64,000 nt of DNA from Octopus sinensis (GCF_006345805.1 NC_043009.1:66650001-66714000), one strand, 5' to 3'; counted from the first letter of the stretch, positions 24,690 through 38,290 are shown. Numbers and translations: made by a program. The notes: a model not told the origin generated them from the letters alone.

Positions 24690-25235
24690 GACAAAATTAT
24701 TGTCTTTTTTTCGGCATATTTGGCATTAAAATTTTTCTTTTGCCCTTATATTGTAAACTATTTATAAATTCAACCTTTAAAGGTATGTTTTGATATACTG
24801 GCCATTGATGAAATTGTTTTCCCGAAAAAAATTTTATCCTACATTAGTTATAAATTTGAATAGTGTTCACTTCCGGATTCTATCACTCTGTAAAAGTTTC
24901 TAGTTCGAATCACACGTGTCTCGAGACGTGCCGAAGATTTTCTATTTTGGATATATTTGGGGTACTTAGGTCTGCTCAGGACTTGGTGTTTGCTTTTTCC
25001 ATGGGTATGAGTAAGTATTTCACTTATATCTCGCGTATTTGTCGCTGAAGAGGAGAAAATTCTTATGAATTAACTCCGAAATTGGTCCAATACGGTAATA
25101 ACGAATTTTTTAGAATTTTCTATCGGTTTGTTTCGAGACGCATAAAATATAATGATTAATTGACAATTTTTGTCTTTTTTTCGGCATATTTGGCATTAAA
25201 AGTTTTCTTTTGCCCTTATCTTGTAAATTATTTAT
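24690..25235 (+). mobile_element. Penelope pseudo-LTR/retrozyme-like unit bounded by ~75-bp direct repeats
   Basis: GACAA..TTGTCTTTTTTTCGGCATATTTGGCATTAAAA.TTTTCTTTTGCCCTTAT.TTGTAAA.TATTTATA at 24690-24765 and 25162-25235; the unit contains a hammerhead motif. Confidence 0.6.
25039..25098 (+). ncRNA. Type-I hammerhead ribozyme motif (complete core)
   Basis: UUGUCG-CUGAAGA-GGAG(AA)AAUUC-uuau-GAAUU(AA)CUCC-GAAA-UUGG-u-CCAA-UA-CGGUAA; stems I, II and III all pair; predicted cleavage after 25092. Confidence 0.75.
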
Positions 25236-25256
25236 ATATATATATATATATATATA

Positions 25257-25692
25257 AGAACCGGTTTCTAACCTAGATCCAAGGGTCCTTCATTGGAATT
25301 TCAACATCAACAACAGGGTATTATTTTTGTTTGTATGTATGTATGTATGAATGTATGTATGTATGTATGTATGAATGAATGTATGTGCAGATTTGTATGT
25401 TTTATGGATGTATACTCATGCATATAGTTGAATATCTAGACATGATCATATATATTTAAATGATAGACTTCTGGAGAGTTTTACAGATTTTTACAGTTCC
25501 ATTGATGGATTGGATCTGCATTCTTCGAATTAGCTTTCCACTTTCTGGTTTTGAGAAGCCTAAATTCTCAAGATTGTTATAAAGGCAGTGTATTACATAT
25601 CCCAAGGCCCCAATAATTACAGGTATAAACCTCAACTTGTAATCTGCATAGAGTAACTGCATATTTCTCAATAGCTCAGCATAGCTGTATGT
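25257..25692 (-). mobile_element. RLE-type (R4/Dong/NeSL-like) non-LTR retrotransposon 3' end
   Basis: Minus translation YAELLRNMQLLYADYKLRFIPVIIGALGYV...GTVKICKT, matching the restriction-like endonuclease C-terminal Y..L...P..IGALG motif; 3' UTR with (ATAC)n. Confidence 0.75.
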
Positions 25693-26074
25693 ATGAATCT
25701 ATATACACTTTTCTGTGTATGTAGATATTGGCATAATGTACACAGCCATCTATGCGTTGGTATGTTCGTACTTACGCATGCGCAGTGAAATGCCTTTTGT
25801 TTTTGTTGAACGCATTTCTTCTAGCTTTTCGTTTTGTTACAATCTTTCTCCTTTCATTTTTTCTCTGTATAACTCCTTCTTCGCCCTCCCCCTCTCTTAC
25901 TCTCCCCCCCCCCACCTCTGCCTCCATTCTGTTACGTTTCATTTTCAATGTAAACCTATTTCTTATAAATCAGAACTTACCGAAACAATTTCCCTCCATC
26001 TTCCGCCATTTATGTTCTATCACCTCCTTCCGTCCATTCATCTGTTTATCCAACTATTCATCACTACATTGAGA

Positions 26075-26094
26075 TCTATCTATCTATCTATCTT

Positions 26095-26165
<71 letters not shown>

Positions 26166-26170
26166 ATCTT

Positions 26171-26213
<43 letters not shown>

Positions 26214-26219
26214 ATCTAT

Positions 26220-26250
<31 letters not shown>

Positions 26251-26270
26251 ATCTTTCTATCTATCTATCT

Positions 26271-26336
<66 letters not shown>

Positions 26337-26365
26337 CATCTATCTATCCATCTATCTATCAATCT
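26075..26365. repeat. (TCTA)n microsatellite with TCTT variants
   Basis: Directly visible. Confidence 0.95.
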
Positions 26366-26861
26366 CTATATATATATATATCTGTTCATTCATTACTATC
26401 TGAAATTTCTAGTTATGAATGCATACGTCTATTTATCTATCTACCTAACTATCTATCAATCTATATACGTGTGTACGAAGATAGTCAGATACATAGACAG
26501 ACAGACACAGACGCACAGACAAATACATACATAGACGAATCAAAAGAGGTGTGTGTGTGCGTGCGTACGTGCGCGCGCTGCGTATGTTTTTAACTGTCCA
26601 TCTATCTACTTTCGCTAATTAGTTAGCTAGCAGTTTCATCATCCAACCATCTATCGATTGATCTCTGTATTTTAACATCAAACAATTATAGGTAGATGTA
26701 TGTGCGTGCATGTACATATGCATATACATACACGTGTGTGAGAGTCCGTGCATATGTGTGGTGTGTATGTATGCATATATATATACATATATGTATATAT
26801 ATATATATATAATATATATATATATAATATATATATATATAATATATATATATATAATATA

Positions 26862-26895
<34 letters not shown>

Positions 26896-27146
26896 CTATG
26901 CATATATGCATATATGTATATATGTACATGCTTACGTACTTCGATATTCGTTGATGATAACGAACGCCAGAAAATGTCCTCGTTACATGTATTCGAGTCT
27001 CTCCATGACCATCCCCACCGCTATTCAGATGTCTTGTCATGCTGCACGTTTGACTCAGTGAGGAACCAGTTGGGATCTGGAAAAAGGTGTGTAGGGACGG
27101 TGTGTAGGGACGGAAATATAAGAGATAACTATAGATAAATAGATAG

Positions 27147-27217
<71 letters not shown>

Positions 27218-27304
27218 CAGACAGGCAGGCATACATACATATTTATATATATGTGTGTAGGGACGGTGTGTAGGGACGGAAATATAAGAGATAACTATAG
27301 ATAA

Positions 27305-27355
<51 letters not shown>

Positions 27356-28446
27356 TGTTTCTTTATTAGCCACACAGGGCTGCACACAGATAGAACAAAT
27401 TACAAGGTAGAGCTTTTCTTTTGAAGGTTTAAAAAAAAAAAAGAAAAGGAAAGGGGGGAGTTTCGATCAAAAGGGATCGTAAAAGGAGAGAAAGAGGACA
27501 AAAAAGGGGGGGTTAAAAAAGGGGGGAGAGGAAAAAAAAAATTGATCAATAGGGATCGTTATCACAGAAATGTCAATATGAAGTGTAAAGGGGAGGACAG
27601 GTGAGGCTTACCCGTGGAAAGAAAAGCCTACGGAAAAGACCACGGTAACCTCGGTCAATGAAGTCACATTTTATATTTCTTTTTTTTTTTTTTTTTTTTT
27701 TTGCAAATAAGCAAATCTCTGTTTTCAATTTCTGGGTTCATAGGACTATGCTCAAGGTGGCTTCGTCATTCATACGTGCCATTCTTGCTACATTCAGCCA
27801 TCTTTTTTTAAAACATTCGCTAGACAAAACTTGCCTCTCTACTCTCACTTTTCTTTTCAAGTGGTACTTGAAGAAGTTGATGAGAGATTGACCAGAGAGG
27901 AAAGTGTTTGTCTCCAATCCTTTCAGAGGCGTCCACCAGATACATTCTTTCGCCATAGCCACAAGGATGATGAAAATAGCTCTTCCTTCCCGTTTGAAGG
28001 AAGGAGGCGTGACAATATTGACGATAGACTCAGCTGATAAACCGACTCGTCCACACGTGACAGCAGTTGTTCGACATAAGCCCACAGGTCGGAAATTGTG
28101 GACACTGAACGAGTGCGTGCAGAACGGGTTCGTCGCTCTGACCGCATCTCGGGCAGGTCGGCCCCGTGTCTCGAGCCGTGTCTGTAGAGCTTATCCCGAA
28201 CGGGTAGCGCTTCTCGGTAGCACTGCCAGGCCAGGGATCTCTGGAAGTTGTCCATGGGCCCTGGCCCGAAAGTCGTCCTGAACAGGCGGGTCAGGTACTC
28301 CTCGTCGACGTCCAGGTTCGCCCCGAGCTCGTCGTCGTACCTCCCCTCCACTAAACCCCTATAGAATGATTTGGTTGTGTTGAAGTCACTTAAGGTCGAC
28401 CCAGGACGGCAGAGTTGCTTGAGAGCAACGCGACACTCGCGGTGCC

Positions 28447-28447
<1 letters not shown>
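27356..28447 (-). mobile_element. Tx1/L1-clade LINE, 5'-truncated copy (~1.1 kb) inside (GATA)n
   Basis: Nearly identical to the 3' portion of the 57221-63266 element (about 57221-58310); ORF2 C-terminus [12 protein letters not shown]...AKECIWWT...NFFKYHLKRKVRVER; AATAAA at the 3' end; GATA repeats abut both ends. Confidence 0.93.
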
Positions 28448-28521
<74 letters not shown>

Positions 28522-28553
28522 CAGACAGGCAGGCATACATACATATTATATAT

Positions 28554-28648
<95 letters not shown>

Positions 28649-28835
28649 TCTGTGTGTGCCTGTATATATATGTATATATGTGTGTGTGTAATATGAACAC
28701 ATACATACATAAATACAGACAAACAGACACAGAAAGAGAGGAAAGAGTGCGTGGGAGGAGAGAAGGAGATTCTGTTTCTGAATGAATCTCTCCTTTTAGT
28801 TACATTCAAAAATCATATATATGTGTGTGTGTTTG

Positions 28836-28888
<53 letters not shown>

Positions 28889-28897
28889 GTATATACA

Positions 28898-28983
<86 letters not shown>

Positions 28984-29327
28984 CATACACACATGCATCA
29001 GTCTTCATCGCCCTATGTCTTCCTCTTAGCCTCTCATTTGTCTCACCTTCTTCTCCATTTACGTATCTCTGTACAGAGTCCATTGCCCCCATTTTCCTAT
29101 ATATTTCGTTATCTATGTATCGTACCATAAATCTAGCCCCCTTCGTTCTTACTTTCTCAATATTTATCGATCTATGATCTGTCCCTGTATCTGCCTATTT
29201 ATCTACATACCGATATATCTATCTTGATACACATTAAACATCTACGTGTAACATTTTATATTTGTTTATATTTCCATTTTCCCCTGCCGTTGTCCATCTA
29301 TATGTATGCATATAGGACCATACGCAC

Positions 29328-29375
<48 letters not shown>

Positions 29376-29378
29376 TTA

Positions 29379-29489
<111 letters not shown>

Positions 29490-29681
29490 GTGGTTTGTGT
29501 ATAAATATATATCTACACACACATATTTATACATATATATAAAATAAATTTTACATCAATCTATTTATATCCATATCTCTTTCTGCCTATAAATCTATGT
29601 ATATTTCTATCTATCAGTCTCTCTGTCTGTCAAAGTACATATCCATATGTCTATCTATCCATTGCTCCATCCATCTATGCA

Positions 29682-29830
29682 TCTATCTATATATCTATCT
29701 ATCCACGTGTCTTCCTACATCTCTATATCTCTTTATCCGTCAAGTATCTTTCTATCTATTTATCTATCTATCCACGTGTCTTCCTACCTCTCTACATCTC
29801 TTTATCCGTCATGTATCTTTCTATCTATTT
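29682..29830. repeat. ~69-bp tandem duplication in TCTA-rich DNA
   Basis: ATCTATCTATCCACGTGTCTTCCTAC.TCTCTA.ATCTCTTTATCCGTCA.GTATCTTTCTATCTATTT occurs twice. Confidence 0.85.
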
Positions 29831-30657
29831 TTCTATCTATCTCTCTATTTATCTTCTATCTGAAATTTTCCCCGTTTATACATCTAACCACCCAGCAATA
29901 ATGGAGTAAGCGATGCAAAGCACGGCTTAATGTCATTGAACATTGCTAGAAATTTCCTAAACCATTCTCAGATGCTGAAATAAAAACGAGTATTTGTTAT
30001 TCAGTTCAGGACCTATCAAAGAAATAAATAAATAAACTGATAAATAAATAATAAATCCCTTCACGAAAATCTAGCGCCATTTTGTTTCTTTGTTCTTTAA
30101 ATCTTCTTTTTTTTTCTTGTCTTGTTTTCTTTTTTTTTTTCCTCGTGTTTATTTTTTATTTTTAGGGGTGGGGGAATTATTCCTTTTCCTATTGAAAATC
30201 ACATAGAAGATGCGATGTGGCGAAATTTCAATACGGAAATAATGTTGCTAGTATGGTTATTGGAATTCGATACAGACTGAGACAATACAATACACTGGCA
30301 TACATACAAACACACACACATACATACATACATACATACATACATACATACATACATACATACATACACACAGACATATGTACATACATACATACATACA
30401 TACATGCATACATACATACACACAGACATACATATATACATACATACATACATACATACATACATGCATACATGCATACATACATACACACAGACATATG
30501 TACATATTGTATGAATGTACAAAGATATATATATATGCATACATATATATATATATGGACATATATACATACATTTGTGGGGTGTATATATATATATATA
30601 TATATATATACACGCACACGTTATATATATATATATATATATATATACACGCACAAC

Positions 30658-30720
<63 letters not shown>

Positions 30721-32065
30721 TGTATGAAAGTATAAAGATATATATGTATATGCATATATATATATATACGTATGTATATGCACTCATTCATAGATGTAAA
30801 CGCATGTTTACACAGACAGATGTACCCATACATTCGCTCACACACAATCACACACACATACACATAAACACAATACCAACAGGTACTGTTAGGCTACTAT
30901 TCGTACACCGTTGTACACATACAACTTCGTACCCCTTCTTGGCCCATTCATAAATGCACTCCCAAACCCACCTGGAACCATGCACATATCCATCCACCCA
31001 CAAGTATATACCTATATTTATATCTTTGTCAATGTGACTGGGTGAATCTGATCCGTGAGTGCTGTATCTGCGTTTATATTGTGTATCGTCGTATTTTATA
31101 CATGGCAGATGTCTACCAGTGCGCTCATAAAAGCTTCTCTGTTGCTTATTTGCTGACTAACGTTTTTTTTATTCCCAAATTGCCGAGTTAACTGCGTGGG
31201 ATTGCTGTGGATCGGTTCGTTTCACGTTTTGTGTAAATGAAAACGAGTTTGTTTTTTTCTGTATGATATGCATGTGTATATGGGAAAGAATAGGACATTG
31301 GAACAAAGTGGTATGGATGGGGATAAGAGAAAATGTAAAGGGAGCAGAAATGTTTTAAGAAGAACAAAAATACCTTGGAAATTTTTTTTTTTGAAAGACT
31401 CGAAAGAAAAAGAGAGAAAGAAAGATGGAGATGCAGAAAGGAGAGAACCAACCAATTTGACTGTAAATGACATTTGGAATGCGGAAGGTGATTGGTAAAT
31501 AGCATATTGAAGGGAAATCGTGTAAATAATTGAATATACATACATACATACATACATACATACATACATACATACATACATACATACATACATACATACA
31601 TACACACATACATACATAGATGTATGTATATATATATACAATTCGTTATGATATGTCGTTTGCGTCTGATGAATATGTTTGAGATATTTCTCAGCATATG
31701 AAACTATTAGTAGCACTTGAAGACATATACCGTATCCTTTAAATAAATTATATATATATATAGGTGCAAGCGTGGCTGGACCTCTTCCTGTCGAGATTCC
31801 CAGATGAACTTACCTCACGGCAAGAGGTGCAAATGAGGGTAGCTACATCAAACTCCATTCTTCACCAAGTGCCACATATTGGAGGAGGCTCTCAGTAACA
31901 ACAGTGTAGCAAAACGGCAGTGCATCAGCATGGCCGCAGCTCTGAGCTGAAACTACAATAAAAAAAATATCAGTTGAGAAATAAAGAAGGATTTGTTCCA
32001 TTCCTTGATATGCGACAGGATTTTCCTTTTCACTTAATATATATATAGGTCTCTTCACTCATTAG

Positions 32066-32394
32066 CTTCTCGCAAAATAAAATGGCGTCGCTTCCACATC
32101 CGCCCTATTTAGCCCTAGGTTTAGTACCCTGTGGACTTCCATCTCTTCCCACACGATGAAAATGCAGCTCAAAGGTCTGCGTTTTAACACCGTTGTCGAG
32201 ATCCAGAGCGAATCGCAGAAGGTCCTCAACTCATTCACAGAAAACTACTTCCAGGCCGGATTTCAAAGGTAGCAGGAACGCTGGGACCGGTGTAATGCTG
32301 CGCAAGGTGACTATTTCGAAGGAGATGATGTAAAAACTTATTTTTTATTAAACATAACTAGTCTGGGAACCTTTTGATATCTTGATATCACCTC

Positions 32395-32397
<3 letters not shown>
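32066..32397 (+). mobile_element. Mariner transposon 3' end
   Basis: LPHPPYLALGLVPC.FHLFP.MKMQLKGLRFNTVVEIQSESQKVL...FQ.*QERWDRC.AAQGDYFEGD (YSPDLAP/CDF region); TIR-like end ...GGAACCTTTTGAT..CACCTCGTA running into (TA)n. Confidence 0.88.
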
Positions 32398-32462
<65 letters not shown>

Positions 32463-32933
32463 ACGGGTTTGAGTTAGGTGTAAGGTCTTTATTTGAGAGA
32501 TTGATTATTTTAATTACCTGTGGTTTCTTTTGTTTCTCCGTTGCCATCGTGTATCCCTGTCACTTTCACGATTACAGCCAACGATTCTAGTCAACGCACA
32601 AGATAGCCATTATGCTCCTGCCCACAAAACACCACCACGTGGACTCTGTTGAGACTAGTAAGAAACAATAATGAACTGTTTTATTACACTTGACTTTTAA
32701 AAATATTTTTGATAAGGTTCGTTTTTTCAAGAAGAACCGAAACATGTAAAATCTCTAACAAAATTAAAATTGATCTTATATAGTGGCGTTTTCAAACTTC
32801 TTTTTTATAAATATAAATATATATATATATATAAATTTAATCCAAACAAGAAAGCACAAAAAAACACAACAACGCGAGGACGTGGAACAAATATAGTATT
32901 ATTGGACGCTCAGGAAAGACGGAAAGAGGGAGG

Positions 32934-32968
32934 GTTTAACGTTTCGAGCGGAGCTCTTCGTCGGAAAC
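32934..32968 (-). ncRNA. Minimal hammerhead-like motif (U4C variant) in a short interspersed repeat
   Basis: Minus strand GUUU-CCGACGA-A-GAGC-ucc-GCUC-GAAA-CG-UU-AAAC. Confidence 0.55.
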
Positions 32969-33078
32969 ATAGGAGAAGGAAAGATCCAGAGAAGGGAAGA
33001 CAGAGGAAAAAATTCGCCAACGGTACACACGCGTCATATGTTGAATGACCGGAAAGAAATGGGTGATATATATATACA

Positions 33079-33113
<35 letters not shown>

Positions 33114-33229
33114 TATATATATATACACACATATATATAATGCATATATACATATATACATTATATATATATAAATATATATGCATTCATGTATGTATGT
33201 ATGTATGTATGTATGTATGTATGCATGTA

Positions 33230-33271
<42 letters not shown>

Positions 33272-33954
33272 TATATATATAAATATATACAGACATATTT
33301 ATCTATACTAAGGTCGGGAAACAGAATGTCAGTGAGAGAGGTAAGTGTGTTTCGAACGCATGCATGAACGAGGGAATAAATCGTGAATCCAAGCCGTGGA
33401 TTTAGTCAAGCTACCTGTAGTTGCATACATCTATCTTTCTACCTTTCTATTGAACTGTTATAAATGAGCGTGTATATATAAATATATGCACGTGTGTGTG
33501 TATGTGTGTGCGTGCGTGCGTGTGTGTGTGCGTGTTGTTATATCAATATTTGCACGCTTGCAGAACATTTTGTAATTAATTCTCATTTGCCGTTCTTGTA
33601 ATGTCATTACTCCTAATGGGATTGTGTTTTGGTCAGCTAATTATCTTTTAAATGACGTTTTTCACAAAAACAAATTACACACAGCGAAAACCCTAACTGT
33701 AACCCTTAAGTTTCAAATGCAACATCCATGAGAAACGAATTTAATATTTCTGTGTAATATTCCGTATCCTTTTGTTGTGTGAGGTGTGTGCCCCGTTTTT
33801 TTTTTTTTACGATCTTTAATCATACAGAGAAATTCAATAACCGTAGTCGTTTTCGGAATGTCTTTTATCATACATACACACAAACTCACACAAACACACA
33901 AAAATACTATATATACATACGAACACATATATACATGCATACATACATATATAT

Positions 33955-34037
<83 letters not shown>

Positions 34038-35202
34038 GATAACATATTATATTAATGTAATACTATTAATGAAAGCTATTATTGAATGCGTGAGATATTA
34101 ATCAAATCACTATTAGAAGAGAATATTTTCTGATAATAATTCAATTATCATTATTACTATTACTGCTTCTAAGTAAATTGTGCTGAACACGGGCTGCGAG
34201 TGTGTTGAAGAAATTGATGACTGTTTTCCCATTTCGGGAGGGCTTGCAATGTTGTTTTTTTTAAACTTCTGCGAGTGATTTTATTGCTGCATTGACTCAG
34301 AGACCCCCCCCCCTAAAGAGCCATTTCTGTTTTACATGCATTCTAAACAAACCCTCAACGACCAAGAAGTAACAGGTATGTCAACAGGCAAATGAACACG
34401 CAAATTCCTAGCAAATAGAACAGTAACCAGGGAACTACAATAACCACAACAAAAGCAAAATATTAACAAAAAGCATCAGATAGAGAAACAACCAGACCCG
34501 CCGGAAGAAACCTTCTTAAGTATATTGTTATCAGACGGAAGTTTGATTTTCAAGCGAGCCCAAACAAAGTTAGACAAACACGGTGGGCTTCAACGATTTT
34601 CTCTCATGTCAAAAGGAATACTAGGCATATTTCTGGTGAGGGCTCACGTCAGATGACCCCAAACATTGAATGAATAAATCCCCAATATTACATAGCAATC
34701 ATAACCTGGTTGAGAGAGAGCAGTAAACATCCAGTGTCGGTAGAGCTTTGTAAAGAGCCAATGATAAAGAAAACACAGAGATGAAGTTAAGGCCACAGAT
34801 TAGAAAAAGACGATTAGGAAAGCCTTCGCCATCGACGTGCCAGAGGCGAAACTGGCGTTCCCGTTTGATCGACGAGAAACATGATTGCTGCACTGTTGGG
34901 ACTAAGGCGCATGCGCTGAAATGCGGGAGAGAAAACGACGTTCGATGGATTCAGGTGGAAGGGGTTCGATTTACAACAAATCTTTGATGTGAGGTGGACC
35001 ACGATGGGGCCATACTGACCAATAGTCCCGCCCACCACCACCGCAGGCAAATGAGCCAGAAATACAGAGGAAGTAAGGAACAAGATACGGTGGATTTCGA
35101 TTATTACCTTGACAGCCTGCCATTGCTCTCGCTGTACGGAGTGTTGTACCGCGAAAAGCCAATCACCATATCTAAGAAAGGGCAAATACTCAACAGTGTG
35201 TG

Positions 35203-35268
<66 letters not shown>

Positions 35269-36025
35269 TGTGTCTGTGTGTGTCTGTGTCTGTGTCTGTG
35301 TCTGTGTGTGTATGTGTGTGAGTGTCTTTTTTCTATTGTTTAGAATTCTGCTGAGAAGTAGAGAGTTGTTTTCTGATAACGAAACAAAAGCCCATCGCTT
35401 GTATTTGCATAATAACAGTAATTACTCCGTATTGAACTTTATACAATTCTTGCATATATTTATCGTTCCTCTTGCCGATTGTTTCTATATTGAGCGTGTT
35501 AGCCGGTCTCTTTCTTTCCCTGAAAATCCTGAATTTTACTAAAATAGCCAATTGGATCAATAATAATTCGTATAAATGTGAATCTATAATCAAAATAGAT
35601 GAGCACCTTGTCACTGATTTTGGAAGAGAAGTTCACGTCTGCAGGGCAGCTAATCTCTTTGACTCTATTTGGTTTTTATATCTTTTAGTCCCAAAAAACT
35701 ATCTTCATGAAATTATCTTTGACCATATTCAAAATTTTGAAGGGAACCTTCCACCAATATTCCTACTGTTCAAAGGAACTGCTTATATCTGGCGCTTTAC
35801 TATGACTCCAAATCTTGTGCCAGATGTGGTCCTTCTGTCAAATGAAAACGGTTTCATCCTGGTTCAGCAGCAAATTTAACTTAACTGAATGTCATTGGAG
35901 ATTATTTCCAGTTCAATTGTTCAATCGACATAAAGTGCAGACTGACCACTCCTTGAAATAGCATTCGATATTGAATTTAAGACGAATCGATAAAGCATAC
36001 ATACATACATACATACATACATGAA

Positions 36026-36072
<47 letters not shown>

Positions 36073-36265
36073 TATATATATATGCTTTCGGTTGCGAATG
36101 GTTTTGTTATACGGTGCCGTATTTTACAATCTTGTAAATAATAATGATGGTATTTTTATATAAGCTTATGGCGATCACCATACAAAGATTAAGGAAAATA
36201 GTCTAATAACGGGGTATATAAGCCCTCGACAGAAAAAGAAGGCTTTTCTATCCGCGTCCATATAC

Positions 36266-36343
<78 letters not shown>

Positions 36344-36365
36344 ATAGATAAATAGATAGATAGAG

Positions 36366-36404
<39 letters not shown>

Positions 36405-36421
36405 CCGACAGACAGACAGAC

Positions 36422-36452
<31 letters not shown>

Positions 36453-36474
36453 CTAGACAGACAGACAGACAGAC

Positions 36475-36651
<177 letters not shown>

Positions 36652-36662
36652 TAGATATATAT

Positions 36663-37028
36663 GAACAGTAATGATAAAAATAATCCTTGGATAACTTCAT
36701 AAATATTTTAATGCGTCGCTACACGCGTTTCCACAAATCAAATGTCTCTTAAAATCACACTCCGTATCCCTGAGATGATTACGACATGGCCCGTAGTATC
36801 CGTGGGCATAGGGTAGATCATCTTCATGGATTCATTTCTTCCGGCGATTTCTTCATATTACCTGAAGAAATGAATCCATGATACTCAAATATACTATGGA
36901 CTACACTGTAATGATCCTCGGAATACGGACTGTGATCATAAGACACGTGCGATTTGAGGAAACGCGCGTAGTGACTCATTAAAATATTTATGAAGTCCTT
37001 CCAAGAATTATTGCTATTATTACTATAT
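36663..37028. mobile_element. Foldback/MITE (~365-bp imperfect palindrome)
   Basis: 36695 CTTCATAAATATTTTAATGCGTCGCTACACGCGTTTCC mirrors 36957-36995; inner perfect 18-bp stem 36824-36841/36864-36881. Confidence 0.8.
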
Positions 37029-37178
37029 TTATCTTACATTATATCGATACATTTCAGTGCAACCCAAAATAACTGGTTCACCAGTCAGAATCATTAGACT
37101 GTGGCCAGCATAATGGAATACCAGCTTTATTTTCGTATTCAAAACGCTTCCCGTAAACAAATTTAATATACATACAGG

Positions 37179-37255
<77 letters not shown>

Positions 37256-37804
37256 GTATGTATGTATTATCTTTGTCATCAGCATTGTTGTTACAGTTAT
37301 GGAGCGCCGGTTAGTCCGGAGCCAACAGACTTAATTCAACAGACATTCCAAATGGTAGTACTTTGTATCATTCACAAACCTAAACTATCTACGACTAAAA
37401 TGCTTCCAACCATCTTTTCCCTTCAGTATTTTCGAGAGGGACGTGGGGATGGAGTCATTCGACACCTCCTCCATACGACCCTATCGGAAGCAAACGTCGT
37501 TGCGTTTTTCGGGTTGGAATCCAAAGTGTCACCAAGAATACATATGCACCCTTACGATTACACGCTGGCACGATGTTATTTTAGGGACGTTTTGCTCTCT
37601 ATTTTTAGCAGAGCAAACGAAGACGTGAAGGCTCGTGACTCCGTTTTGTTCTTATTGTTGTTGCTGGTATCTTATTTTTCTCTTATTTCTCGTTTAGCTT
37701 TTTGTTTAATTAAAAACCTTGACTGCTTTGTGGTTACTATTGAAGCAAAGATAATCAAAATATATAAAGAAAAAAGTAAATTGCTCCCAAGTGGCCTTTG
37801 TTTG

Positions 37805-37860
<56 letters not shown>

Positions 37861-38098
37861 GAAACCATAATCTAAGTGTGTTGAGTAAACCAAGATGCAA
37901 CAAGCTTCTGTCAATGTTCCTTGGCTGGAGAACGAGAACATTGCAAACATAGGACACATCTGCTATTGGTTGTTCCAAATTTGTCATCCATCCGGACATA
38001 CATACAGCAAGTGAGGGAGAGAGAAAGAGAGAGAAGAGCAGAGAGGGAGACCGCGGGGGAGAGAGACAGAGAAACAAAAAGAAATACAGAAGGAGAGT

Positions 38099-38138
<40 letters not shown>

Positions 38139-38255
38139 GAGGAAAAACAGAGAGCTGATTGTGTAAGGATGGCCTGGTGGTGGTGGTGCTGTTGTCTTCC
38201 ATAGGTAAATAATACACACACAAACACACACACATATAGACAAATACTTAAGCAT

Positions 38256-38290
<35 letters not shown>

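Noticed and set aside
34700-35180. GC-richer island possibly from a LINE endonuclease region
   Set aside because: Only a vague KAFAIDV resemblance; no consistent motif series, so it is left unclassified.
36200-36240. Hammerhead-like CUGUCGA-GGG..CCC on the minus strand
   Set aside because: GAAA is absent (reads GUUA) and stems I and III do not form.
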